From the NCBI GenBank assembly GCA_009914755.4, contig CP068257.2, positions 15,680,001-15,744,000 of the forward strand: DNA of 64,000 nucleotides. The letters run 5' to 3'. Below are positions 46,290-64,000 of this stretch, piece after piece; within the stretch, counting starts at the first letter, position 1; each line of letters begins with the position of its first letter. The translations under genes were made by a program, and so were the position numbers. This DNA is from the human T2T-CHM13v2.0 reference genome, Homo sapiens. Below the pieces are notes generated by a model. It ran no database searches. It was not told the origin of the DNA and saw only the letters and a list, made by a program, of their open reading frames with translations.

Positions 46290-47744
46290 CAACCCTTATC
46301 TTCCATCAATTTCCCTTATATATTTACCTCTCCAAAACTTAACTCCCTTAGAAAACTAAGCCCCCTGTTCCTTTGTCTAATTACTTCTCCATGATTTATT
46401 ACTCTTTGTAAAAATGACATAGAACCTCCCATGTCTAACCAGTTCTTTGGGTTTTCTCTCCTCTTCTGTGAAGCCATGCATGTTTACATGTAACAAACCT
46501 TCTCTCCTGTTAAGCTGTCTTCTGTCACTTTAATTTACAGAGCCTCATTCAGTGAACCTAAGAAAATAGAAAAAAAAAAAAAAGCATTCCCACGCTGGCA
46601 TCACATACCAGATTTCTGATTCACTCTGCTACTTCTAACCAAAATCTTTCTCTATGAGGAAGAAGAGAAACGGGTAGTGACTACTTTCCTCTAATCACAT
46701 GCAGTTTTCCATCTCTTCATTTTGTAGCTAAGTGAAACAATTATTCTCCTCTTTCCATAATGGAGAATATTGATCTTATTTCTCAGCAAGCCTTGCTCAT
46801 TATGCCAAATTCTTTTGTCAAATTACTTTATAGTAATAATATCAGATAAATTATCAGCTTGAAAATTGACTCTACTTCTTAAAACAGAGACCACATTTTT
46901 TAACAAAACAAAATTATTTCATTGAGGAGATTAGAGAATATCATTATAGGACAATAGAGAAAAGTTATTCCTGTAAAGGAATTCTGAAACTAGCCAATTT
47001 TATTTGTCCACATAGAGGCTGAAGGAGTTTCAAGTTACAGTGTTTAAATATTTCAGAACAGTTTTTAAATTATATCTTGATTTCAGAAAATTAAAATTTA
47101 ATCAAGGTGTTTCCTTCCAGTATCTCATTTTCTTCCCCCAAATTTTAGTGTTTTTCAACTAGAGCCCTGTTTCAATTATTAATCAGAAATATTTGTTTTA
47201 AAACTAATGAGATAATTACATATTTGCTTAAATACTTAAGCAACCTGACTTGTGTATATAACTCTTATAATTATTTTCATTGCTCATGAACTCTCAAGAT
47301 ACTGAGTGTACCTGCCGGTTATGTTTTCAAATACGTTTGTATTAGACTAGCTGAAACTATTTTAACAATGTTTGTAGAGATTTTGTGGCAGCCAGAATGC
47401 ACCTGAAGAAACATTTTTAAGATAGATAAAATTGTACAGAGAAAAAGAAGCAGGTAGTATCTTCTAGTCCTCCCTCTCAAGAAAATTTACTAGCACAAAT
47501 GTACCATTTGCAAAAATCTGTTGATGTAAACTAGAACACTTTGGTTGTACCTCATTTTTTCCCCTGGAACTGTAAAACAGTCGATGGAGTTAAGCTTGGA
47601 TCAAACTTTGAGCCTGCAAATTATTATGACTATGCTTTGAACAATCTGTCAAAATCTCTGAGTCTGTTTCTTCATTGGTGCAATAAAAGTTATAATTTCT
47701 GAAATGATTATAGAAGCACCTTAGAAAATTGAAAGCATTATGAA

Positions 47745-47770
47745 AAAAGAAGAAGAAGAAGAAGAAGCTG
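47745..47770. repeat. (GAA)n(GCT)n short microsatellite
   Basis: 'gaagaagaagaagaagaagctgctgct'. Confidence 0.8.
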
Positions 47771-48379
47771 CTGCTATTCATGTCACTCTATGTTCTAATA
47801 CTAACTTCATTATAATGAAGGGAGTGGACTTAGACATATAACCTCCCTGAGCCACAGTTTTCAGTAATAATAAGTACATAATAACGGTAATAATAATAAC
47901 AACAATAACACCTACAGGGTTTAGATGAAGATCAAATGAGATTATATCAACTGTTAATATGCAGTTAGACAAATGGATGGATAGAGAAAGAGACAGACAG
48001 ACAATAGAAATATGCTGTGGGAACATACTTTGTCCTCTCAGAAGTCCCCAGTGTAATAGAAGACATAATGTAGATACATAAATAATCGTAGCATGTGGAA
48101 GGCTATAACTGTCAAAAAAGTCGTATATTAGAACACTTCTGATTTCTTCTTAGCCATTCAAACATTGTGTTCTGACCAATTTTGCCTTCAGAAAAAGAAA
48201 TATTACCAGTCATCATTGTTAGACAAAAGCAGGACCAGCTACAAAATTTGTGGGACCTGGTACTAATAAAAATGCAGATCTCCTTGTTAAAATGATTAGC
48301 AGTTTCAAAACAGTGACAGTTGAGCACTAAGCCAAGTGCAGGGACCCTTTAAACACAGAGCACTGTAGGTATCAGTGAT

Positions 48380-50951
48380 TGAAGATCAAATTATTGAAAT
48401 AAAGTGAGAAGACAAGATCAGAGAAAAAAAGTAAGAAGAAATGAACAAAGCCTCCAAGAAACATGGGACTATGTGAAAAGACCAAATCTACGTTTGATTG
48501 GCATACCTAAAAGTGATGGGGAGAATGGAACCAAGTTGGAAAACACTCTTTAGGATATTATCCAGGAGAACTTCCCCAACCTAGCAAGGCAGGCCAACAT
48601 TCAAATTCAGGAAATACAGAGAACACCACAAAGATACTCCTCAAGAAGAGCAACCACAAGACACATAATCATCAGATTCACCAAGGTTGAAATGAGGGGA
48701 AAAATGTTAAGGGCAGCCAGAGAGAAAGGTCAGGTTACCAACAAAGGGAAGCCCATCAGACTAACAGTGGATCTCTCTGCAGGAACTCCACAAGCCAGAA
48801 GAGAGTGGGGGCCAATATTCAACATTCTTAAAGAAAACAATTTTCAACCCAGAATTTCATATCCAGCCAAGATAAGCTTCGTAAGTGAAGGAGAAATAAA
48901 ATCCTTTACAGACAAGCAAATGCTGAGAGATTTTGTCACCACCAGGCCTGTCTTATAAGAGCTCCTGAAGGAAGCACTAAACGTGGAAAGGAACAACCGG
49001 TACCAGCCACTGCAAAAACATGCCAAATTGTAAAGACCATCAATGCTATAAAGAAACTGCATCAATTAACGGGCAAAATAACCAGCTAACATGATAATGA
49101 CAGGATCAAATTCACAAATAACATTATTAACCTTAAATGTAAACGGGCTAAATGCCCCCAGTTAAAAGACACAGACCGGCAAATTGGATAAAGAGTCAAG
49201 ACCCGTCAGTGTGCTGTGTTTGGGAGATCCATCTCACATACAGAGACTCACATAGGCTAAAAACAAAGGGATGGAGGAAGATCTACCAAGCAAATGGAAA
49301 GCAAAAAAAAGCAGGAGTTGCAATCCTAGTCTCTGATAAAACAGACTTTAAACAAACAAAGATCAAAGGAGACAAAGAAGGCCATTACATAATGGTAAAG
49401 GGATCAATTCAATAAGAAGAGCTAACTATCCTAAATATATATGCACCCAATACAGGAGCACCGAGATTTATAAAGCAAGTCCTTAGAGACCTACAAAGAG
49501 ACACACAATAATAATGGGAGACTTTAACACCCCACTCTCAATATTAGACAGATCAACGAGACAGAAGATTAACAAGGATATCCAGGACTTGAACTCAGCT
49601 CTGGACCAAGCGGACCTAATAGACACCTATAGAACTCTCCACCCAAAATCAACAGAATATACATTTTTCTCAGCACCACATCACACTTATTCTAAAATTG
49701 ACCACATAATTGGAAGTAAAGCACTCCTCAGCAAATGTAAAAGAACAGAAATCACAACAAACTGTCTCTCAGACCACAGTGCAATCAAATTAGAACTCAG
49801 AATTAAGAAACTCACTCAAAACCACACAACTACATGGAAACTGAACAACCTGCTCCTGAATGACTACTGGGAAAATAACAAAATGAAGGCAGAAATAAAG
49901 ATGTTCTTTGAAACCAATGAGAACAAAGACACAACATACCAGAATCTCTGGGATGCATTTAAAGTAGTCTGTAGAGGGAAATTTTTGGCACTAAATGCCC
50001 ACAAGAGAAAGCAGGAAAGATCTAAATCAACACCCTAACATCACAACTAAAAGACTAGAGAAGCAAGAGCAAACATGTTCAAAGGCTAGCAGAAGGCAAG
50101 AAATAACTAAGATCAGAGCAGAACTGAAAGAGACAGACACAAACAACCCTTCAAAAAATCAGTGAATCCAGGAGCTGGTTTTTTGAAAAGACCAACAAAA
50201 TTGATAGACTGCCAGCAAGACTAATAAAGAAGAAAAGAGAGAAGAATCAAATAAACGCAATAAAAAAAAGATAAAGGGGATGTCACCACCAATCCCACAG
50301 AAATACAAACTACCATCAGAGAATACTATAAACACCTCTACGCAAATAAACTAGAAAATCTAGAAGAAATGGATAAACTCCTGGACACAAACACCCTCCC
50401 AAGACTAAACCAGGAAGAAGTTTAATCTCCGAATAGACTAATAACATGATCTGAAATTGAGGCAATAATTAATAGTCTACCAACCAAAAAAAGTCCAGGA
50501 CCGGACAGATTCACAAACGAATTCTACCAGAGGTACAAAGAGGAACTGGTACGATTCCTTCTGAAACAATTCCAAACAATAGAAAAAGAGGGAATCCTGC
50601 CTAACTCATTTTATGAGGCCAGCATCATCCTGATACCAAAGCCTGGCAGAGACACAACAAAAAAAGAGAATTTTAGACCAATATCCCTGACGAACATTCA
50701 TGTGAAAATCCTCAATAAAATACCAGCAAACCAAATCCAGCAGCACATCAAAAAGCTTATCCATCACGATCAAGTTGGCTTAATCCCTGGGATGCAAGGC
50801 TTGTTCAACATATGCAAATCAATAAACATAATCCATCACATAAACAAAACCAATGACAAAAACGACATGATTATCTCAATAGATGCAGAAAAGGTCTTAG
50901 ATAAAATTCAACAGCACTTCATGCTAAAAACTCTCAATAAACTAGGTATTG
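48380..50951 (+). mobile_element. Older L1PA (5'-truncated within ORF1), left part; host of the nested young L1
   Basis: ORF 48692-48958 gives the ORF1 C-terminus ('..KMLRAAREKGQVTNKGKPIRLTVDLSAGTPQARREWGPIFNILKENNFQPRISYPAK..'). ORFs 49152-49415 and 49514-50038 give the ORF2 endonuclease. ORF 50702-50986 gives the start of the RT ('..[23 protein letters not shown]..'). Confidence 0.85.
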
Positions 50952-51864
50952 GGCTTCCAGGGGGAGGAGCCAAGATGGCCGAATAGGAACAGCTCTGGTC
51001 TACAGCTCCCAGCGTGAGCGACGCAGAAGACGGGTGATTTCTGCATTTCCATCTGAGGTACCGGGTTCACCTCACTAGGGAGTGCCAGGCAGTGGGCGCA
51101 GGCCAGTGGGTGCGCGCACCGTGGGCGAGCCGAAGCAGGGCGAGGCATTGCCTCACCTGGGAAGCGCCAGGGGTCAGGGAGTTCCCTTTCCGAGTCAAGG
51201 AAAGGGGTGACCGACGCACCTAGAAAATCGGGTCACTCCCACCCGAATATTGCGCTTTTCAGACCGGCTTAAAAAATGGCGCACCACGAGACTATATCCC
51301 ACACCTGGCTTGGAGGGTCCTACGCCCACGGAATCTCACTGATTGCTAGCACAGCAGTCTGAGATCAAACTGCAAGGTGGCAGCGAGGCTGGGGGATGGG
51401 CGCCCGCCATTGCCCAGGCTTGCTTAGGTAAACAAAGCAGCCGGGAAGCTCGAACTGGGTGGAGCCCACCACAGCTCAAGAAGGCCTGCCTGCCTCTGTA
51501 GGCTCCACCTCTGGGGGCAGGGCACAGACAAACAAAAAGACAGCAGTAACCTCTGCAGACTTAAATGTCCCTGTCTGACAGCTTTGAAGAGAGCAGTGGT
51601 TCTCCCAGCACACAGCTGGAGATCTGAGAACGGGCAGACTGCCTCCTCAAGTGGGTCCCTGACCCCTGACCCCCGAGCAGCCTAACTGGGAGGCACCCCC
51701 CAGCAGGGGCACACTGACACTCACACGGCAGGGTATTCCAACAGAACTGCAGCTGAGGGTCCTGTCTGTTAGAAGGAAAACTAACAAACAGAAAGGACAC
51801 CCACACCGAAAACCCATCTATACATCACCATCATCAAAGGCCAAAAGTAGATAAAACCACAAAG

Positions 51865-52881
51865 ATGAGGAAAAAACAGAACAGAAAAACTGGAAACTCT
51901 AAAACGCAGAGCGCCTCTCCTCCTCCAAAGGAATGCAGTTCCTCACCAGCAACGGAACAAAGCTGGATGGAGAATGATTCTGACGAGCTGAGAGAAGAAG
52001 GCTTCAGACGATCAAATTACTCTGAGCTATGGGAGGACATTCAAACCAAAGGCAAAGAAGTTGAAAACTTTGAAAAAAATTTAGAAGAATGTATAACTAG
52101 AATAACCAATACAGAGAAGTGCTTAAAGGAGCTGATGGAGCTGAAAACCAAGGCTCGAGAACTACATGAAGAATGCAGAAGCCTCAGGAGCCGATGCGAT
52201 CAACTGGAAGAAAGGGTATCAGCAATGGAAGATGAAATGAATGAAATGAAGCGAGAAGGGAAGTTTAGAGAAAAAAGAATAAAAAGAAATGAGCAAAGCC
52301 TCCAAGAAATATGGGACTATGTGAAAAGACCAAATCTACATCTGATTGGTGTACCTGAAAGTGATGCAGAGAATGGAACCAAGTTGGAAAACACTCTGCA
52401 GGATATTATCCAGGAGAACTTCCCCAATCTAGCAAGGCAGGCCAACGTTCAGATTCAGGAAATACAGAGAACGCCACAAAGATACTCCTCGAGAAGAGCA
52501 ACTCCAAGACACATAATTGTCAGATTCACCAAAGTTGAAATGAAGGAAAAAATGTTAAGGGCAGCCAGAGAGAAAGGTTGGGTTACCCTCAAAGGGAAGC
52601 CCATCAGACTAACAGCGGATCTCTCGGCAGAAACCCTACAAGCCAGAAGAGAGTGGGGGCCAATATTCAACATTCTTAAAGAAAAGAATTTTCAACCCAG
52701 AATTTCATATCCAGCCAAACTAAGCTTCATAAGTGAAGGAGAAATAAAATACTTTACAGACAAGCAAATGCTGAGAGATTTTGTCACCACCAGGCCTGCC
52801 CTAAAAGAGCTCTTGAAGGAAGCGCTAAACATGGAAAGGAACAACCAGTACCAGCCGCTGCAAAATCATGCCAAAATGTAA
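51865..52881 (+). CDS. L1 ORF1p, apparently intact (338 aa)
   Basis: An uninterrupted ORF 'MRKKQNRKTGNSKTQSASPPPKECSSSPATEQSWMENDSDELREEGFRRSNYSEL...RPALKELLKEALNMERNNQYQPLQNHAKM*' of the canonical length. The coiled-coil, RRM and CTD regions are colinear with the L1HS ORF1p as I recall it. Confidence 0.85.
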   Translation: MRKKQNRKTGNSKTQSASPPPKECSSSPATEQSWMENDSDELREEGFRRSNYSELWEDIQTKGKEVENFEKNLEECITRITNTEKCLKELMELKTKARELHEECRSLRSRCDQLEERVSAMEDEMNEMKREGKFREKRIKRNEQSLQEIWDYVKRPNLHLIGVPESDAENGTKLENTLQDIIQENFPNLARQANVQIQEIQRTPQRYSSRRATPRHIIVRFTKVEMKEKMLRAAREKGWVTLKGKPIRLTADLSAETLQARREWGPIFNILKEKNFQPRISYPAKLSFISEGEIKYFTDKQMLRDFVTTRPALKELLKEALNMERNNQYQPLQNHAKM

Positions 52882-52917
52882 AGACCATCGAGACTAGGAA
52901 GAAACTGCATCAACTAA

Positions 52918-56771
<3,854 letters not shown>

Positions 56772-56884
56772 ACAATGAGATCACATGGACACAGGAAGGG
56801 GAATATCACACTCTGGGGACTGTGGTGGGGAGGGGGGAGGGGGAGGGAAAGAAAAAATAAATAAATAAATAAATAAATAAATAA

Positions 56885-59080
<2,196 letters not shown>

Positions 59081-59129
59081 CATCTTGAAAATCTCCAATT
59101 TGTTTTCAATGTTTTCTCAGAAATTACGT

Positions 59130-59509
<380 letters not shown>

Positions 59510-59889
59510 TAATGCGTTTTCACCATCCATCATTACACTCCTTCCAGGTGATATTCTTGCCTCAATCATGTGATTCTGATAGGGTTTCCCATCACCCTCT
59601 CTCACTCCTATCACTATTTTAATGCCAGTGAGGCCCTGGCCCAGCCAATTATAAAATCCCTTTCCCTAGCCACAGTGGTCTTCTATGGACACTCTCAGAC
59701 TCTAAGTCACCCAGGGATCTTTTAATTTTGAGATTATGATTCAGTAGATGTAGGTATACCTGAGAGTCTGCATTTTTAACAAGCTCACAGATGATGTCTA
59801 TGTGGCTGATCTGTAGAGATCAAGATGTAGGTATCTCCCAGGGTGTAGGGTTGCACATTTTTTTTTTCTGTGTTTGTGGGGAGGTCTCC

Positions 59890-60440
59890 TGGATTGGCAA
59901 GAGATTTTTTTTTTTTAATTTTTTTATTCCATAGGTTTTTGGGTAGCAGGTGGTATTTGGTTACATGAGTAAGTTCTTTAGTGGTGATTTGTGAGATTTT
60001 AATGCACTCATCACCCAAGCAGTATACACTAAACCCAATTTGTAGTCTTTTATCCCTCACTCCCTTCCCACTCTTTCCCCCGAGTCCCCGAAGTCCATTG
60101 TGTCATTCTTATACCTTCACATCCTCACAGCTTAACTCCCACTTATGAGTGAGAATATGTGATGTTTGGTTTTCCATTCCTGAGTTACTTCACTTAGAAT
60201 AATAGTCTCCAATTCCATCCAGGTTGCTGTGAATGCCATTAATTCATTCCTTCTTGCGGCCGAGTAGTATTCCATGGTATATATATTCCACAGTTTCTTT
60301 ACCCACTCATTGATTGGTGGGCATTTGGGTTAGTTCCACATTTTTGCAATTGCAAATTGTGCTGTTATAAATGTGTGTGTGCAAGTATCCTTTTCATAGA
60401 ATGACTTCTTTTCCTCTGGGTAGATATAGGGTTGCACTTT
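59890..60440 (-). mobile_element. L1 3'-end fragment, antisense
   Basis: '..cacttatgagtgagaatatgtgatgtttggttttccattcctgagttacttcacttagaataatagtctccaattccatccaggttgctgtgaatgccattaattcattccttcttgcggccgagtagtattccatggtatatatattccacagtttctttacccactcattgattggtgggcatttgggttagttccacatttttgcaattgcaaattgtgctgttataaatgtg' is the reverse complement of the L1 ORF2 3' end. A T-run (the element's poly-A) lies at about 59890-59935. Confidence 0.8.
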
Positions 60441-62736
60441 AACCATACCAGTCCGGGTAGTCGACACAGAGGAAGCCAAGGGATGGGAAGAGAAGGCATA
60501 ATTCTGTTGTGCCTGGTACCAGTCCTGCCCCACTCCAGTTACACGGCCCAATAAGTCTGCTTTTTGTTTAAATAAGACTGAGTTGAATTTCCTCATTTAC
60601 AACCAAAAGAATTCATAGGATATAGATTTTCTTTTGATATAAGCTAAGTGTCCAAGCTGTTCTGGGCATAGCTATTCCTCATCTGTTACATTTGCAAACT
60701 ACCTTCAAGAATGATGGCTTGTGACTCATGATTATAAGAAATAACTAGGAACAGATGTAATTCCTAAATTACTTCTTACATGTTGGAAAATTCATTTTTC
60801 TATTACATTAGTTATTATCTAAGTAAAGCTAATACATTGTCTTTTAGGGTTACTTGCTGATCAATTGAGTGAAAAAAATTGTATTAATTAGAAATTTTTA
60901 TTCCCACTCTTCTGGCTTCCTGTAAGTAGATACCTATTGACTTCTCTGTAAGTGAATATACTTCTGGAACTAGGAAAACCCAACTCCAGTCTACTGTGGA
61001 GTACAGACATTTGTGAGCTAAATTCATATTTGAAATGACATGCGGATAGGTTTATGATCCTAAAATTCTACCAAGTTTATATGTTTCTACATACTACACT
61101 TATCTGTAAAAGTGTAAACCAATTGTTTTTAACTCACGTTAAAGATAAGTTGAGATCATTTTGCATTTTCAAACATTAGGGTCTCTATTAACTGCATTGT
61201 CAGTTAAAAAGGTCCTCCTCTATTCATTACTAATCAGCCTTGGAGAATAGATGGCTGGCAATTTCAAAGACAAGGTGAAGTGAACACTTGGAGAAATCTT
61301 CTTAGTGAAAAATGATTCATTGTTTTGAGAGGCAATAATGTCACAGTCCTCTGAGACAAAAAGAGAATCCTTACTACAAGAACAAATAGTAATTAGCAAA
61401 TTTGCAAAGCATGGTCGTTATCCTTTTGTTACAGCAATTTATTTTTAGTCCAAGCAACAGTTTATTAGAGCGTTCATTTTAGGAAGCTAGGATAAATTAA
61501 GACAGCAAAGCAACTTTACCAGTTCAGCTCTACAGCCCAACCTTGATATGCTTCTTCCTCCTGGAGGCCTTACCTGTTCCCTTGGGATCAAGTAAGAGGC
61601 TTTGTGAAGGTTCCCACAGCATCCTAATCCCCAACCCCCATCATTATTCTCTGAACCACACCACACTGGTTCACTTTTCTGAAAGCCTCCTTGCCTCTCT
61701 TCAACCCCTCCTCACAGTGCAGTGTTTTGCACTGTTTGTGTTTTAAATATTTGTTTATGAGATGGACAAGAAAGTTGGAAGATGCTGCATTACAGTCAAT
61801 GTAATTCACTAAATAAGGGCCACCTTATGTTTTTAAGTTGCTTGCATGGCGCTGATGCAATCTGCTTTGAGAAAATGTTATGCTTCATTGAGCTTTTTTT
61901 AATGTAATATGGAAAGGTTTTGTTTCTCCTATATGAAAAAAAAAACTACCCAATGCTGCTGAATTTGGCATTAAAAGTCATTGGTGGCGTTCTTTCATTC
62001 AAAAAAACTTCAAAAACAAAGCCATAGCGAAGGGTTTAATAGTATTGATAAAGTAAAGAACAAGTACCTTTTAAACACTGTCTCAAGGTAAAGGAAGGCA
62101 CTTTGTGTTAGTTTTTTTCTGCTATTAAATTATATCAACAGCTACCACTAGAGGGCGCTTGGCCTCTTTTTATTTTTAGTAAACCGACTGCTGCTTTGAA
62201 ATGGCACCTACTGCCTTCACATATTACTGTATCCATAAGCTGGTATTTCCATTCTTCACTGTATGTGCGAGTTACTTTATTCTTAAATGTTATATTACTC
62301 CTCACATATTTCATCTCTATAAGCCAATGATTTCGTTCATGTTTATTGAATACTAGAAAATTATAACTTTCCTCGATGGTGGTTAATTTGAAATGTATTC
62401 TTCTCCCCACTGACATACTAAGAAAAAAAAAGTTTCAATGTCAAAACGTAATAAGTTTCTACATTCAAAAAATAGATGAGAATTATTGTATATTCCTAAA
62501 AAATTAAGAGAAAAAACATTTAGCAACTATCTTTAACTTAATTACTGATGAGGTACCCAAATTTTGTCAGTGTATGGCACAGTTAGTGTCTCAGTAACTT
62601 TTTTCGCATGCTCCAAAAAAAAAAAAAAGTTCTGTTTATTACATAGTTAGGTTTATGCAACTTAAGAAGTATTTACATTCTAACAACTTACTCGCTGTTT
62701 GAAAAAATTACACACATAAACAAATGGGAAAAAAAA

Positions 62737-63033
62737 TTTTTTTTTTTGAGACAGGGTCTCACTGTGTCACCCAGGCTGGACCTAGGCTCCAGTGACCCAA
62801 GCTCACTGCAGCCTCGACCTACTGGGCTCAAGTGACCCTCCCACTTCAGCCTCCCAAGTAGCTGGGACTACAGGTGCACACCACCACTCCCTGCTAATTT
62901 TTTTTTTTTTTAATTGTAGAGTCAAGGTCTCATTATGTTGCCCAAGTTGGTCTCAAACTCCTGGGCTCAAGCCGTCCTCCCATCTTGGCCTCCTAAAGTG
63001 ATGGGATTACAGGCATGAGCCACTGTTCCTGGC
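62737..63033 (-). mobile_element. Alu SINE
   Basis: A poly-T head, then 'gagacagggtctcactgtgtcacccaggctggacctaggctccagtgacccaagctcactgcagcctcgacc...' through '..gggattacaggcatgagccactgttcctggcc'. Confidence 0.95.
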
Positions 63034-63055
63034 CTATTTCATTATCTCACACTGA

Positions 63056-63500
63056 CTATATTAGTTACCCATTGCTTCATAACAAATTACCCCCAACATT
63101 TAGTGGCTTAAACAACAAGTCGTTATTATCTCATAGTTTCTGTGGGTCAGGGATGCCAGAGGAGCTTATCTGGATGGCTGTCGCTCAGGATCCCTAATGA
63201 GGTTGCCTTCATGATGGTGGCCGGGGATGCAGTCACCAGAAAGGTTACCTGAGGCTGGAGGACCCACTTCTAAGATGGTTCATTCCCATGGCTATTGGCC
63301 AGTGGCATCAGCTCCCTGCTGGCTTTTTGCAAAAGAGCTCATTTCCTCTCCACATGGCACACCCACAGGGCTGCTTGAGCATCTTCACATGCTCAAGCCG
63401 TGAAGCAGCTGGCTTCCCCAAAACTGAGTGATCAACAGGAAAAAGCAAAGAGGAAGATGAAACGCCTTGTATGATCTAGACTTCTGAGTCTCACACTTGC
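63056..63500. mobile_element. Ancient MaLR/MLT1-like LTR fragment
   Basis: 'tattagttacccattgcttcataacaaattacccccaacatttagtggcttaaacaacaagtcgttattatctcatagtttctgtgggtcagg..' shares its 5' architecture with 1340-1806 and 25190-25751. The extent is uncertain. Confidence 0.45.
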
Positions 63501-64000
63501 CCTTCTGCCACATTCTAGTTTTCAAAAGCTAGTTACTAAGTCCAGCCCATATTCAAAGGGAAAGGAATTAGGATTCATCCATTAAAGGGAAGATTGTTAA
63601 AGAATTTTGGATACATTTTAACACCATCACAGTTACCAGTGAGGTACATGCACCTATTGGGCACTAGACACCCAACCTTTAGAACCAAATTCACCACCAC
63701 CACCCTTATTTCCCGTTCCATGTTAATTGTCATATAGTATCTATTTTTTATCACAGCAACTTCTGAAAACCCAGCTTCCAAAGATATGTCTTTTAGAAAA
63801 GCATTACAGCACAATCTAAGGTTTAAATTATAAGGTATTTTGAGCCAGTAGTTCATGCAGCAGCCAACAAATGTTTCTGTGTTTTTCTTGAGAATTTTCA
63901 ATATGTCGTGTGGCCCCTGTGAGGTCACTGCAACCTCTTGGGGTGCCTCAGTGCACAATTTGGGAATCATAAGCTTAATTATCTTTTTCTCAGAGATAAA

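Noticed and set aside
63575-63970. A 131-aa minus-strand ORF outside annotated repeats; also ORFs 62135-62416, 61543-61746, 21338-21601 and 8951-9190
   Set aside because: They are short, have no recognisable domain motifs, and arise in AT-rich sequence where random ORFs of this size are expected. No splice-site or exon-like context was identified by eye.

Overview
This window is primate (almost certainly human) nuclear DNA, not a prokaryotic locus. I see no operons, no CRISPR array and no defence-system architecture, and I do not recognise any host protein-coding exon. About two thirds of the window is interspersed repeats. The main elements are two young full-length L1PA-type LINE-1 copies (about 2416-8465 and about 50952-56884, both + strand). 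The second is nested inside an older L1PA. There are at least eight further older L1 fragments on both strands and 17 Alu insertions. There is an internally deleted ERV-L provirus on the minus strand (14424-17916) with a tRNA-Leu primer-binding site, an integrase ORF and a dUTPase ORF. There is a complete THE1/MST-type MaLR element (18479-20745) with a 5-bp target-site duplication. A solo class-I ERV LTR (29293-29782) carrying tandem CCAAT-box repeats sits inside an old L1 ORF1. Several solo MaLR/ERVL LTRs and microsatellites make up the rest. The points worth a second look are the nested young L1 with an intact 338-aa ORF1 and only two lesions in ORF2, the pair of roughly 6-kb direct L1 repeats 48 kb apart, the ERV-L remnant that retains its dUTPase, and the LTR with U3 tandem repeats that could act as a cryptic promoter. 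Family and subfamily names come from my memory of consensus sequences and are approximate. All coordinates were read by eye and may be off by a few bases.
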